A DNA stretch of 62,525 nt from Trichodelitschia bisporula (GCA_010356995.1 ML996711.1:124001-186525); one strand, 5' to 3'. Shown: positions 47,880 through 60,807, counted from the stretch's first letter. Made by a program: numbers and translations. Notes: generated from the sequence alone by a model not told the origin.

Positions 47880-50800
47880 ATGCTCTCACAAACTCCCATG
47901 CTGTCTAGTCCGCTGAAGCAGACAAACGAGATTGACTGGATTACCCCGCTCAAGGGCTACATTCGCGATGTCTACGGCGACGATCCCGAGCGCTACTCCG
48001 AGGAGTGCGCTATGCTGAACCGTCTGCGCCAGGACATGCGTGGTGCGGGCAAGGACAGTGCCTCGGGACGGGACTTGCTGTACCGGTACTACGGCCAGCT
48101 GGAACTGCTGGACCTACGGTTTCCGGTGGACGAGAACCATATCAAGATCAGCTTTACCTGGTGAGTTCCAACTGTTCAAAGGTGGAGTTTGCGGCCGCTG
48201 ACCGAGCAAGGTTTGATGCCTTCACCCACAAGCCCACGTCACAGTTCTCGCTCGCCTACGAGAAGGCATCGATAATATTCAACATCTCAGCCGTGCTGTC
48301 ATGCCACGCCGCGCATCAAAACCGCCACGAGGACACGGGTCTCAAGACGGCATACCACTCCTTCCAGGCGGCCGCCGGCATGTTCACCTACATCAATGAA
48401 AACTTCCTGCATGCGCCGTCGGCCGATTTGAGCAGAGAGACGGTCAAGACTCTGATCCAACTGATGCTGGCACAAGGCCAGGAGGTGTTTCTGGAAAAGC
48501 AAATTGCCGACAACAAGAAGGTTGGACTGCTCGCTAAGCTCGCCAGTCAGGCTGCGTTTCTCTACAGCCAGGCGCTCGAGGGCGTGCAAGAGAATGTGAC
48601 CAAGGCCATCTTTGAGCGTGTGTGGCTGCTGGTCACGCAGATAAAGGCGAACCACCTGGCGTCGGTCGCACAGTACTACCAGGCACTAGCCGACAACGAC
48701 GCCAACGCACACGGCGTGGCGATTTGTCGGCTGCAGGTTGCCGAAGCGCACGCCCGTGAAGCTCACCGTGTGTCGAGCTCGTTCCCCGCGACGGTGCCGG
48801 CAAACTCAAATCTGACGTCTGAAACGGGCGTCATTCTCAGCGACATCACCCGCAGACAGCTCGCCGCTGTCCAAGAAAAGTTTGCCGAGTTCTCAAAAGA
48901 CAACGACTTCATCTACCATCAGCCGGTGCCCAACGAGGCGTCTCTCGCCCCCATCCCGAAGTTGCCAGCTGCAAAGGCGATGCCTGTGAGCGAGCTGTAC
49001 CAAGGCCAGGACATTCAGCGCATTATCGGCCCCGACATTTTCCAACGAATCGTGCCAATGGCCGTGACGGAGTCGGCGTCGCTTTATGATGAGGAGAAGG
49101 CGAAGCTGGTGCGCGCCGAGGCTGAGCGCGTCGAGGTCGCCAATGACGAAATGGCCGCCAGCCTAGACATTTTACGTCTCCCTGGCTCGCTGGATATTCT
49201 CAAGGGCGCCAAGGACTGGGACATGTCTGGCGTCGACCCTGAATTTCTTACGTGGTGCGAGGAACTGGCCGGGCATGCGCCATTCCCGGCCGCTTTTGAC
49301 GAGCTGGGCAAGGACAAGGCCGTAGTGTTGAGTCTACTGGATCAGAGTGCGCAGAATCTTGACACGGAGGAGTCGGTGTGCGAGAAGATGCGCAGTAAAT
49401 ACGGCGACGACTGGACACAGCAGCCGAGCGCGCGGTTGACGGTCACGCTGCGCAACGACATCAAGAGCTACCGGGCGGCCATTGAGGAAGCGAGCACAAG
49501 TGACGCGCAGCTGTACAGCACGTACCGCCAGTACGAGGCCGACTTTGACGAGATGCGCAGTGCGGGCGAAACAGACGAAGCAGATGTGCTCTACCAGCGT
49601 GCGCTGATCAAGGCGGGTGCTGCGAGGGGCAAGGGCCGCGGGATCGGTAGTCCGGCGGGTGAGGGGAACCTGCTGGATGACGATTTTGACTCGGGTCCGA
49701 CGGTTGCGGCGCAGATTGAGAATATCGAGGAGCTTATGAAGAAGCTGCGGCTGGTGCGGAAGGAGCGGGAGCAAGTGCTGCGGGATTTGAAGGAAATGGT
49801 ATGTATTATGGTATGTTCGATGAGCTGTTGCTAACCATTGCAGGCGCACAACGACGATATCTCCAACGTCCTTATTCTCAACAAAAAGTCGATAGCCAAC
49901 CAAGATAGCCAGATCTTCCAGGCCGAGCTGGTGAAGTTCTCGCAGCACCAGAAGCGCATCCAAAAGGCCAACCTTACACAGCAATCTCTGATCAAAGAGC
50001 TGACTCGCAGCTACAATGCGCTGCTGCAGGACAAGCGCGTGCGCGTCGAACAGAACAAGTATGAAGCCTTCTCGCGGCAACGCAGCTCCGTCCTTCAGCG
50101 CTACCGCAAAGTCTACCAAGCCTTCAACGATCTCGTTACGGGCCTGATGCGCGCACAAGGCTTCTACTCAGAGATGAAAGAGACCGTCGAATCCCTCCAC
50201 AAAAACGTCGAAACCTTCGTCAACAACCGCCGCTCCGAAGGCGGCCAACTCCTCGCCTCCATCGAAGCCGCCCGCTCCTACGCCGCCCCCTCCGGCGGCC
50301 TCGTAGACTGGGAGCGCGAGCGCCTGCAACAGATCATGGATAGAATGTCCATCGAGCCTGAACGCCCCGGCTCCACTTCCTCCCCCATCAAAAGCTCCTC
50401 GCAGGCCCCCCTCCCCCAAGCTCCCCCCGTCGCCTCACGCCCTGCTTACACGGTTAATTCACCGCCAACCCAGTATTCCTCCCCCCAATCCACAACTCCC
50501 TACTCCGCCTCCTCAGACCCGCAATCTTACCTCTCCCGCGCCGCGAACGGCGCTTCCCCGCCCCCGCAACACCAGGGCCAGCGCGACTACGCCTACAACC
50601 CGGGCACGTACCGCGCCTCCCCGCCTCCCGTCCCGCAGGACCAGTACGCTTTCCGCGGACATCAGCACTCGGGCAGCACGGGCGCGGTCCCAGCACAGTA
50701 CGGCCAGCGCGGGACGCCGCAGCCCGCCCAGCGGTCTTCGGGTGGGAGTATCGGGTATGCGTCGCACACGCCGCAGCCGCAGACGCAGCAGGGATATGGA

Positions 50801-51010
50801 CAGATGCCGCCTGGTTGGCAGCCGCCGCCGCCGCCGCCGGGCCCGCCGCCGGGTGGTCCTGGGCAGGGGAATTTTGCGCTCCAGGGAGGCGTGTATCCGT
50901 CTGGTCCGGGGGGGTATTCGAGGCAGCCGCAGCAAAGGAGGGGGCAGGGGAGTGCGGGGGGGAGTGCGGGGGATCCGTGGGAGGGGTTGAAGGGGTGGGC
51001 GGAGAGGTGA
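47880..51010 (+). CDS. BRO1: ESCRT-associated Bro1 (Bro1 domain, V domain, Pro-rich tail; 3 exons)
   Basis: RQDMRGAGKDSASGRDLLYRYYGQLELLDLRFPV, SLAYEKASIIFN, KDNDFIYHQ. Introns 48161-48210 and 49799-49843. Confidence 0.95.
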
Positions 51011-51411
51011 CTGGGTTTGGAACTAGTTTTTTTGGTGTGGGTTTTTGCATTGGGGTCTGAGATGTGGATGATGCTTGGGGAGTATGGTGTTGGTGGTGGG
51101 GGCTTGTGCATAGTCATAGTAGGCGGCTTGAGGAAGTGGATTGGTGGATGTTGATGATTAGACATTGTTATGTGTCGAATATGGATTCAAAGCGGTTTGT
51201 GGGAGGGTGTTGTCGTTAGAATAGGCCCGCGAGGCTGGAGCCGGAGAATTTCCGCCCCCGGCCTAAAAAATGTGCCCCACTTCAACTCTGCAGTTCGCGA
51301 ACGTCAACTTTACAACCTCCACCGCAAACGATGCCGCCCACGACCGACGATCCGCCCGTCTCGCACTCAACCTCATCCTCCACCTCCCACCCCACCGCTA
51401 CAGAATCCACA

Positions 51412-52853
51412 ATGCCCCGCCCGCCCCCCGCCCTAACCTTCACTCTCCACGCCCGCTGCAGCACCACCCGCGCCCGCGCCTCCACCCTCCTTCTCCCCCA
51501 CGGGCCGGTGCAGTTACCGATCTTCATGCCGGTAGCAACGCAAGCTTCCCTCAAAGGGCTCACGTATGCGCAGCTCAGGGACGCGGGATGCAGGTTGTGT
51601 TTGAATAATACGTACCATTTGGGGTTGAAGCCGGGGAAGGAGGTGCTTGATGCGGTCGGGGGGGCGCATCGGTTGCAGGGGTGGGGGGGGAATCTTTTGA
51701 CTGGTACGTTAGGAAAGTGAGAAGGGGGAGGAATGGAGACTGATGAGGGGCAGATAGTGGTGGGTGCGTTATGAGATCCTCGATGGCGTTTGGGAGAGGC
51801 TAAGCGGATAGGTTCCAGATGGTCAGCCTGCTGAAGCTGGCCAAGGTTACCGAGGAGGGCGTGCGCTTCCTCAGCCCGCACGACGGGGAGCCGATGTACC
51901 TCTCCCCTCCCCTCCCATCACCTAACTAACCCCCCTAGGCTCCTAACCCCCGAGCACTCCATCGCCCTACAGAACAGCATCGGCAGCGACATAATGATGC
52001 AGCTCGACGACGTCATCGCGACCACATCCCCGGACCTGGAGCGCATGCGTGAGGCCATGCACCGCTCCGTCCGCTGGCTCGACCGGTGTATCGCCGCACA
52101 CCGGCGCCCGGAGAACCAGAACCTGTTTTGTATTATCCAGGGCGGGTTGGATTTAGAGTTGAGGAGGGAGTGTGTGGAGGAGATGGTGAAGAGGGATACG
52201 CCGGGGATTGCGATTGGGGGGTTGAGTGGAGGGGAGGCGAAGGATGCGTTTTGTCGTGTGGTTAAGGAGTGCACGGGGTTGTTGCCGGAGGGGAAGCCGA
52301 GATATGTTATGGGTGTGGTGGGTTACTCTTGGGCCGGGAGGGGGGGGGGCTGGCTGATGTTTTTTAGGGGTATCCCGAGGACTTGGTCGTTGCCGTTGCG
52401 CTCGGCGCTGATATGTTCGACTGTGTGTGGCCGACCCGGACGGCACGGTTCGGCAACGCCGTCGTCCCGACGGGCACGCTGAACTTACGGAACGCGGCTT
52501 TTGCGACGGATTTCGGGCCTATTGACACCGAGTGCCGCTGCGAGGTTTGCCGGCCGGTCTCGGAAGGCGGATTGGGGATTACGAGGGCGTATTTGCATCA
52601 TTTGGCGGGGAAGGAGACGGCGGGGGCGCACCTCTTGACGGTACATAATGTGAGTTATTTGCTGGCACTGATGGGGAGGGTAAGGGAGGCGATACTGGAG
52701 GATAGGTTTCCTGAGTTTTTGAAGGGGTGGTTTGAGAGGAGATTTCCTGATGGTGCGCCTGGGTGGGCGGTGGAGGCGCTGGCTGGGGTGGGTGTGAGTA
52801 TTCGGGGGGGGGAGGAGGAGGGGAAGGGGGATGTTGAGATGGCGGAGGGGTAG
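51412..52853 (+). CDS. QTRT1: Queuine tRNA-ribosyltransferase catalytic subunit (5 exons, one of 10 nt)
   Basis: [74 protein letters not shown]. Introns 51704-51753, 51764-51811, 51896-51938, 52318-52367. Confidence 0.95.
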
Positions 52854-53849
52854 CAGTTGCGCGGGAGAGGGGACGGGAAGAGCGGAAGAAGCTCCTCTGA
52901 GAGTTCGTCTGCTGCGAGAGTGAGCTTGAGGGTGTACGATGGTGCTGACCATGGCGGGTGGTTGTCAAGACTGCTCCCGCTACCAGGCCTTGAGGGGGAT
53001 CAATGCGTTGAGGCGAGAAGCCATCACGTTGTAAAAGCCAGCACACGGAATGTCGTGTCATCGGTTGTCGAGTAGTTTGTGATTTGTTCTTCAAAGGCCG
53101 CTGTTGAGCCGAAGTTCTGCGGATACTCGTATCGCTGCTCCCGCAGAAGGTCGGTTAACAGCGGTCTTCGAGGAGCAAACCACGAACGGCTTGGTAGTTG
53201 ATGGGCTTGACAGGCATGATGGCAATCACGATTGAGGCTGCTGGGCGAGCGGAGCGGTATGCAGCTTGCTAGTGCCCAAGGGGAGGGGTTCTCGCCTTCT
53301 CACTCAATAGCAAAGAGATGAAGTTGACCTGGAGTGCTTCATATAGCTCCTCCACTCAGGTTACCAGGCACAGAAGTCTCGACAGTTCCCTTCCCCTGAA
53401 TAGCATTCCCAATTGGATTGAAGCAACACGATCGACTTGATAGCATCAATCGGGATTCTCCCAATTCTCCCGATTCTCCCCGTTCTCGAACCTAAGTTAT
53501 CTCAAGCAGCCATTTTTTTCGCCGTACATGATTACATTTTCACCAGTGTCAAGCACATACGGCCACAGGTCAGAGACTGCATCTACGTCCGCGTTCCCAA
53601 TTTGGTAAAACTCTGAATTTCGACTAGCGTCATACATCTTTTGTCATCAGGTGGCGAATATTGTCCAATTAAAGTTACCATTATTAAGCGCGCGACTACG
53701 GAAGGGAACTGTCGATTCTGCTTTTCAACTTTTCCAACTCCAGGACGACGAATATTGATGGCGGTGGCATACGACAACCTCGCCACATCTTTGCGCGATC
53801 AACAGTGGCATCGGCAAGCAGAAGCCGACTGTGACTCACAATTTGTAAT

Positions 53850-54960
53850 AAGTGGCAAAAGGGAACAGGCTGGAAGATTCCAGAGGACAATCACTTGGAC
53901 ATACAAACACAGTCTCTCTCGTTGCTAGAAAATCAATCAAGTCAATCCTTTCTCACACAAGTCATTTGGTACCTTCCAACAACAGGATCTTCCAGTGGTC
54001 GGGCGTCCCCCCCTCGGGATCCTCGGGGACTCGCTGGATTTCGATAGTCGGGACCTTCGGGCTGTCATCCGCGTGGCCCCCATCGTCCGACGAATCGGGA
54101 TCCTAGGAGGAGGACGAGTGAGGCTCCAGGTCTAAATGGACAGTAGGTGGGGTGTGTCCCTTCGTCGCAGAGGCGGTCGTATTCTGCGGTGGGTTGACTT
54201 CCGGCTCGGGCTGCGGCCTACGGGTCGACGACCTCGTAGTCCTCGCCTTCGAGGCTTCGGCAGCGGATTGTTTGACCATGTTGGCTGGAGCGGTGAAGTG
54301 GTTGTGAGGAACGAAGCAGCAGACTTGGGGATCTGACAGACGAAGCGGTGTGGAGGGTGGTTCGGTTGCGGGTTCTCCTAGCGAGAGATACCGCCTTCGG
54401 GGGATGATTGCATTTGAAATCTGGGCGCGGGGCGGATACGATCCGACGCGTGCGTTTATCTATTTTTTGCAGCAGCGGAATGCCGGGTCGGAGCGACTCG
54501 CGGCGATCATCCGGGCTCCCGTTCCTTCTCCGGGCTGGAGAGGAAGGTGGGGGCATTCAGCAGCAGATACGGTACGGCTGTAACCCACGTGCGGTGCGAG
54601 GGAGTTGCGGCAGCCTCGGTTTTCCCGTGAGGGTTCTGCGGGGCAACTGCGGGAGGTTGATTTTGGCCGGCGGTTGCGCCACTGCCGTGGGATCCCAGGG
54701 GTTTGCACCGTTCTGAGAGTTCCCGGGATGGAATTTGTCGATGACCATGGCATCATGTAACTCGGCTATTCCATCTCCGGGACCTCCGGTGATGGCGCTC
54801 GATGGGGGATGGAGGTTCTCGTGATGAGAGTCCATTGTTGTTGTTATGGCCAGCGGCTTGGCGCGGCGGATGGAAATGGGGATTTCAGTTGCTCGCCGAG
54901 GGTCCATCAGGACTCCTGGGCGAACAGCGATAGCAATCAACGTGTCAGGGGATCGCACGG
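53850..54960 (-). pseudogene. Degenerate coding-like region (Pro/Ser-rich, interrupted by stops)
   Basis: Collinear ORF fragments 54557-54958 and 54218-54556 in the same frame separated by a stop, then further stop-interrupted coding-like sequence. No family recognised. Confidence 0.35.
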
Positions 54961-55136
54961 CATGAAGAACTCACGGCAATGGGGCGAGCCATAACCAAGT
55001 TGATTGCTATAGAGAGGGAAGAAAACTGGTGAGGGCGAGCCTACGTAGCACTCCTGAGAGCTTTCTTTCAGAAGCTATTGAACCTCTTTCACATCCCAAA
55101 GTGGGTGCAACCTGCGTTCAGCTTCACCCCGTGACA

Positions 55137-55525
55137 ACCCCTACCCAAAAGTTGACCTAATATGGCTAGTGCTGTGGTTAGACAGTACACTAAATACATC
55201 AGGCAAAGAGCTTCACGTGACTTACCGCCCTCAGCCAAAGTAAACTACGCCGCGTTGGGTAACTACCATATAAATCTTCGTCGTCAAACACCACCAACGT
55301 GTCAATCCACCGTCGAAGATCTCACTCCACCACTTCCATCCACCGTTTCCCCATCGCCATGTCGGTGGAGGAGCTGTAGGGAGTTTCAGCTTCCCATTCA
55401 GCTGGGAAGGAAGTCAGCTACCCTGAAATCTGAATTCTGCCGTCACGTGAAGCTCTTGCCTGATGTATTTAGTGTGCTGTCTAACCACAGCACTAGCTAT
55501 ATTGGGTCAACTTTTGGGTAGGGGT
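55137..55525. mobile_element. Non-autonomous TIR element (~390 bp, ~85-bp TIRs)
   Basis: acccctacccaaaagttgacc...gagcttcacgtgac (55137-55221) is near-perfectly inverted at 55442-55525. No TSD resolved. Confidence 0.85.
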
Positions 55526-55667
55526 GCAGATTAAATTTTTTGGGGTGCAGATTTAGTAGCAGCCCAAAAGAAAACAAAGTACCCCGCACTCGAGTTCGTC
55601 ATTAACCAATGAACCAGTTCTAGTGGGGTCACCGATTTTCTCGAAGTCCGGGAGGTCGGGTGCACCA

Positions 55668-56018
55668 CCAGCAGCCAACTGCTGCGTGAGACCTGGAGCC
55701 ATTGATTCGAGGGTTGCAGCCATCCGCTGTCCGAGACTCATGGCTGTTGGGTGCTCCACTTCCTCGGAAAACCCGAGACGGGCAGACAGCTGCCCGAGCC
55801 AGCAGCCAACTGCTGCGTGAGACCTGGAGCCATTGATTCGAGGGTTGCAGCCATCCGCTGTCCGAGATTCGTGGCTGTTGGGTGATTCACTTCCTCGGAA
55901 AAACCGAGACGGGCGGACAGCTGCCCGAGACCAGCAGCCAACCGCTGCGTGAGACCTGGAGCTATTGATTTGAGGGTTGTAGCCAACCGCTGTCCGAGAT
56001 TCGTAGCTGTTGGGTGCT
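55668..56018. repeat. 131/132-bp tandem repeat, ~2.7 copies, truncated by an LTR
   Basis: Units start at 55668, 55799 and 55931 (ccagcagccaac[t/c]gctgcgtgagacctggagc...). Confidence 0.92.
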
Positions 56019-56022
56019 TTAA

Positions 56023-56289
56023 TGTTAGACGGATTCCCATTTGTTACAGCCTTCTGATATTGTAAGTTCCTGTATCACTTCGCGCCCGGTATCTTTGTAG
56101 CCGGTATCCGTTAGCGCTCGGGATTGCTTACCTCCGTTGTCTTGTTTCATCGTATCTTTGGCTCAACGCCACTCCTGTTTCATATTTCCTATATAGTACA
56201 AGTTGCCCACATGGTACACTCGACAGTTCAGTCTACGTCAATCAACAGAAACCTTTGTTTCATCTGTTCTCAGCTTCTACAGTCCAACA
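56023..56289. mobile_element. Solo LTR (267 bp) truncating the copia RT on its left
   Basis: TGTTAGAC...GTCCAACA inverted termini and an internal TATATA. Flanks tttaa/ataag do not match. Confidence 0.75.
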
Positions 56290-57552
56290 ATAAGCTATAA
56301 GGCCCTCTTTGCTATCGCTGCTACGCTCGACTTGGAACTGGAATAGATAGACGTTAAAACGGTATTCCTCTACGGTACCGTAGAAGAGGAGATCTACGTC
56401 GAACAACCGCCTGAGTTCTATAACGGGTCGAACCGTGTCTGTAAGCTCCTAAAGGCCCTCTACGGACTCAAGCAGTCCCCGAGGATTTGGTATCACACTT
56501 TGGCCCTGTTTCTCAAAGAACACGGGTTTACTCCCCTTTCCTCTGACCTAGGCATCTTCGTAAAGGACAACGTATACATTGCCGTATACGTCGACGACCT
56601 GTTAATCGCCGGTGCCAACCCCGAAGATATCGGAAAGCTGAAGGAGGCCCTGAGCAGCCGCTTTGAGATATCGGACCTTGGACCCTGCTCATACTACCTG
56701 GGCATGTCTGTTAGGAGGGACAGGAGCAAGCGCGCCATCTATCTTTCCTAGTACGGCTACCTGGAAAAGGTCCTGAAGGACTTTAGGATATGGGAGTCAA
56801 AACCAGTCCTGACGCCGATGCAAGAGAAGATAGAACCGGCACCGGAAGCCTTTCAGTCTACAGAGGTGGCAAAAACCTGGTACGCCAAAGCCATCGGCTC
56901 GCTGATATACGCCATGCTCGGTACCAGACCCGACATCGCCTTTGCCGTGTCCGCGTGCAGCCGGTACGCGTCGAACCCAACCGAGGCATACATCAAGGCT
57001 GTAAAGCGGATCATGCGATACCTTAGAGGCACTATCGACCTGGCTCTCGTGTATAAGGGAAGCCTCAAACCCCTTATCGGCTACACCGACAGCGACTAGG
57101 CCGGGGACTTGGGGACTCGGCGTTTAACGGGAGGCTACGTCTTCAACATCGGAAGCGGAGCAATCAGCTGGTCTTCGAAGCGACAAGCCACCGTTGCGCT
57201 CTCATCCTGTGAAGCTGAGTATATAGGGCAAACTCAGGCGACGAAGGAAGCAATCTGGCTCCAGGCACTTCTCCGCGAGCTCCAAGCAAGGGAGGACCTC
57301 ACCACCACGGTCATCTACGGCGACAACCAAGGAGCGATCGCCCTGGCCAAGAACCCGCAGTTTCACCCGAGAACAAAGCACATTGGCATTCAGCACCACT
57401 ACGTCAGGGAGAAGCAGGCATCTGGAGAGATTGACCTCCAGTACATCCCGACGGAGAAGCAGGTTGCTGATGGCCTCACAAAAGCCTTGCCAAAGGATCG
57501 CTTTGAACGGTTCAGGGAGGCATTGGGTCTTGAATGGGTTCGCACCAGGTGA
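56290..57552 (+). mobile_element. Ty1/copia pol fragment (RT plus RNase H), pseudogenised
   Basis: [72 protein letters not shown]. In-frame TAGs at 56344, 56749 and 57097. Confidence 0.95.
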
Positions 57553-57743
57553 TGGGGAGAAGAGAAGCATGGGGATAGATCTGTCTACCGCCCCTCTTTG
57601 CGTAAGTCCAGGCACTCTTTCCCTCACAGAGGGTTTTAATGAGGCTTGGCCGACTGTCCATGTGGGAGTACCAAACATGTGGGAGCTTCGTGTCTTTGTG
57701 AGGATACCGCTCACCTTTCCACTGGGCTTCGTCTGAGTGGGAG

Positions 57744-57918
57744 TGTTGGAATGTGGTGGCTGTGTTCAGCCTCACCCAGTTTCAGCCACAGGGCTCGAGT
57801 ATAAGTATACTCGGGGTCCCCACCTCTTTGACAATCAAGCAACTTGTTCATGGACAGACCTTCGGTCCAACATTATAATGCAGTGATGTTTCCATTGATT
57901 ACGTATCACCTTTTAATA
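57744..57918 (+). mobile_element. 3' LTR of the copia element
   Basis: Follows a purine tract gagtgggag; TGTTGG...ttttaata (decayed TTTCAACA); near-identical inverted copy at 60375-60548. Confidence 0.88.
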
Positions 57919-60374
57919 GTCGCACCAAAGCGAGAGCTTTCGCTGTCAGCATCCGAGACATCGAAAAGGCGTTGGAAGTGAAGAAGTACTCAGACCCACG
58001 GGAGAAGCTTCCCAAGGAATACCACGATTAGCTTAATGTTTTCGATCGCAAAAGAGCCGAGATGCTCCCACCACTTCGGAGGCCACACGTGGACCACAAG
58101 ATCGAGTTGGAAAAGGACGAGAACGGCAAAGAAAAGGCGCCCCCTTGGGGTCCTATGTTTCCGATGGGCCGAGACCAGCTCCTCGTTCTTCGCAAGACCC
58201 TCACTGAGTACATGGACAAGAACCAGATTCGCGTAAGCTAGTCCCCCGCCGGTGCCCCAGTCCTTTTCGCTCGCAAGCCCGGAGGCGGCCTGCGCTTCTG
58301 CGTCGATTACCGCGCCCTCAATGCCATTACCCGCAAGGATAGATATCCACTCCCATTGATTAGGGAGACACTCAACGCAGTCAGAAAGGCCAAATGGTTC
58401 ACGACATCATCGCGGCGTTCAACAAAATACGTATCATGCCTGGGGAAGAATGGAAGACGGCTTTCCGTACCAGGTTCGGACTGTTTGAGTGGTTGGTTAT
58501 GCCCTTTGGACTTGCCAACGCTCCCAGTTCTTTCCAGCGCTATATCAATTCAGTTCTTCGCGAGTTCCTCGACGACTTTGTCTCCGCTTACGTTGACGAC
58601 ATTCTCATATACACCGACGGCAGCCTGGAAGAGCACGAGGAGCATGTGAAGAAGGTTTTGGCCAAGCTGCAAGACGCCGGACTTCAGGTTGATATCGATA
58701 AATGCGAGTTCTCCACGAAGAAAACGAAGTATCTGGGTTTTGTCATCGAAGTCGGCAAAGGGATCAGTATGGATCCCGAGAAGGTGCGCGCGATCCGCGA
58801 GTGGGAAGTACCAACCTCGGTCAAGGGTGTCCGAGCCTTCCTCGGCTTCGCCAACTTTTACCGCACCTTCATCAAAGCCTTTTCCGACATCGCCTGGCCG
58901 CTGACCCAACTTACAACAAAAGAAGCTGCCCGCAAACCTTTCCAGATGACACCCACCGCACGAGCCGCATTCGAGAAACTCAAAGACCTATTCTGTAACG
59001 GTCCTGTATTGGCGCAGTTTGACCCAGACCGAGAAACCGTCCTCGAAGCCGACGCATCTGGTTGGGCCATTGGTGGCGTCCTCTCGCAGTATGATGAGGA
59101 TGGCAAGCTCCGTCCTACAGCATTCTACTCTAAGAAGCTGAATGCAGCGGAATCCAACTACGAAGTGTACGACAAGGAGATGTTGGCGATTATCCGGTGC
59201 CTTCAGCAGTGGGACGGGGAACTTCGAAGTGTTGAGAGATTCCGCATCATCACCGACCACAAGAACTTGGAGTATTTCATGACGATGAAGAAGCTGACCG
59301 AACGGCACATGCGCTGGTCCCAAATCCTTAACGGCCACAAATTCACGTTGACCTATCGCCCCGGCTCCCAGGCAGTCATCCCCGACGCCCTCTCCCGCAG
59401 AGAACAAGACCGTCCAGCTGGTACCGAAGACGAGAGGTTGAAAGAACGGTATTTGCAGCTCATTAAACCCGAAATGCTGGAACCTCCTGCCATAAACGTT
59501 AGTCCTGCGCACCCCCGCGTCGTGATAAGGGCAACCCGCAGTCGCCCCGATGGCATCCCCACAACAGCTATACCCGCATCGATGCCCGCACCCGAAGCCA
59601 CGCCTCAAATGCCCGATATTTACGACGTTGCGCAATCGCCGCTGAGAGCTTTGTGGGATCAGGCCGTGCCGGAGGATGAGGAGTACGCCGGTGTGAAGAA
59701 GGCAGTGCTTGAAGAAGCGAGTCGTTTACCCAAAGAACTCGGCCTCCAAGTCAGCATCGGCGATTGTTCAGTCGACCCCCATGGCCGCTTACTCTTCAGG
59801 AAGCGTTTCTGGGTTCCCGACAGTGAGCCCTTGCGGACAGGCCTGATACAGTACCACCACGACTCTTTATTGGCTGGACACCCCGGCCGCGAAGCACTAG
59901 CGAACCTCCTCAGACGGAGACTTTGGTGGCTATAACTCGATCGCCAAGTCAGGCAGTTTTGCAAAGCGTGCGCGTCGTGCGGAAGGAACAGAACGTAGAA
60001 CGATCGCCATCAAGGTCTCCTGCAGCCTCTACCAGTGCCCGAGCAATTCTGGAAGGAAATCTCAATCGACTTCATTACCGAGCTCCCCATAAGCCGCGGT
60101 TGCACGTTCATCATAGTGATCACGGACCGCCTCGGTAAGGGCGTTATGCTGGAAGCGATGAAAGAGATAAAAGCCCCATACGTATCGTGCAAATTCATCA
60201 ACCGCTTTGTGCGCCGCCACGGACTTCCGACAGCCATCGTCTCGGACCGCGGACCACAATTTGTCGGCGATTTTTGGACTCACGTCTGCCAAAGGCTAAA
60301 GATAACGCAGCGCCTGTTAACGGCATACCACCCAGAGACCGACGGAGCGACGGAGCGGGCTAATCAGAAACTCG
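57919..60374 (+). mobile_element. Ty3/gypsy pol fragment (RT, RNase H, partial integrase), pseudogenised
   Basis: [101 protein letters not shown]. Stops and a frameshift near 58400. Confidence 0.95.
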
Positions 60375-60548
60375 TGTTGAAAGGTGATGTGTAATGAATG
60401 GAAACATTACTGCATTATAGGTTGGACCGAAGGTTTGTCCATGAACAAGTTGCTTGATTGTCAAAGAGGTGGGAACTCCGAGTCCACTTGCACCCGAGCC
60501 CTGTGGCTGAAACTGGGTGAGGCTGAACACAGCCACCGCATTCCAACA
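60375..60548 (-). mobile_element. Solo copia LTR in inverted orientation, truncating the gypsy integrase
   Basis: Reverse complement reads TGTTGGAATG...CACCTTTCAACA, matching 57744-57918. Confidence 0.9.
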
Positions 60549-60807
60549 GCTTCTGCCTGCCGACACCACAGTTAACCGCGCAATGATGTGGCGAGGTTGT
60601 CGTATGCCACCGCTATTAGGCCTAACAGTAACTAAGTCAAGTTCACACTTCACTTTAACACAAACAAACCGAGGACCGAGAATAGAATTCAAAGGCTGAA
60701 GTAGAAGGTCATTCTCCCAATATTATCCCCCAGACACTATTCGCCCAGCGCTTCTCCTCTCGACCAATTTTCAGCGGAAATACAGATTTGATCGCAACGA
60801 TAACAGC

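Noticed and set aside
5781..51010. Functional clustering (VPS36+BRO1; PIM1+MDJ1)
   Set aside because: Each pair is 18-40 kb apart with unrelated genes between; no evidence for a cluster.
51008..51070. BRO1 stop context TGA CTG as a readthrough signal
   Set aside because: Not the established TGA CTA motif, and the extension ends without a PTS1.
53020..53220. Short spliced minus-strand ORF (MPVKPINYQA|RYEYPQ...)
   Set aside because: Only ~46 codons, with a weak donor and no recognisable family; insufficient support.
55668..56018. CRISPR-like repeat array
   Set aside because: Units are contiguous with no unique spacers, in a eukaryotic context with no cas genes.
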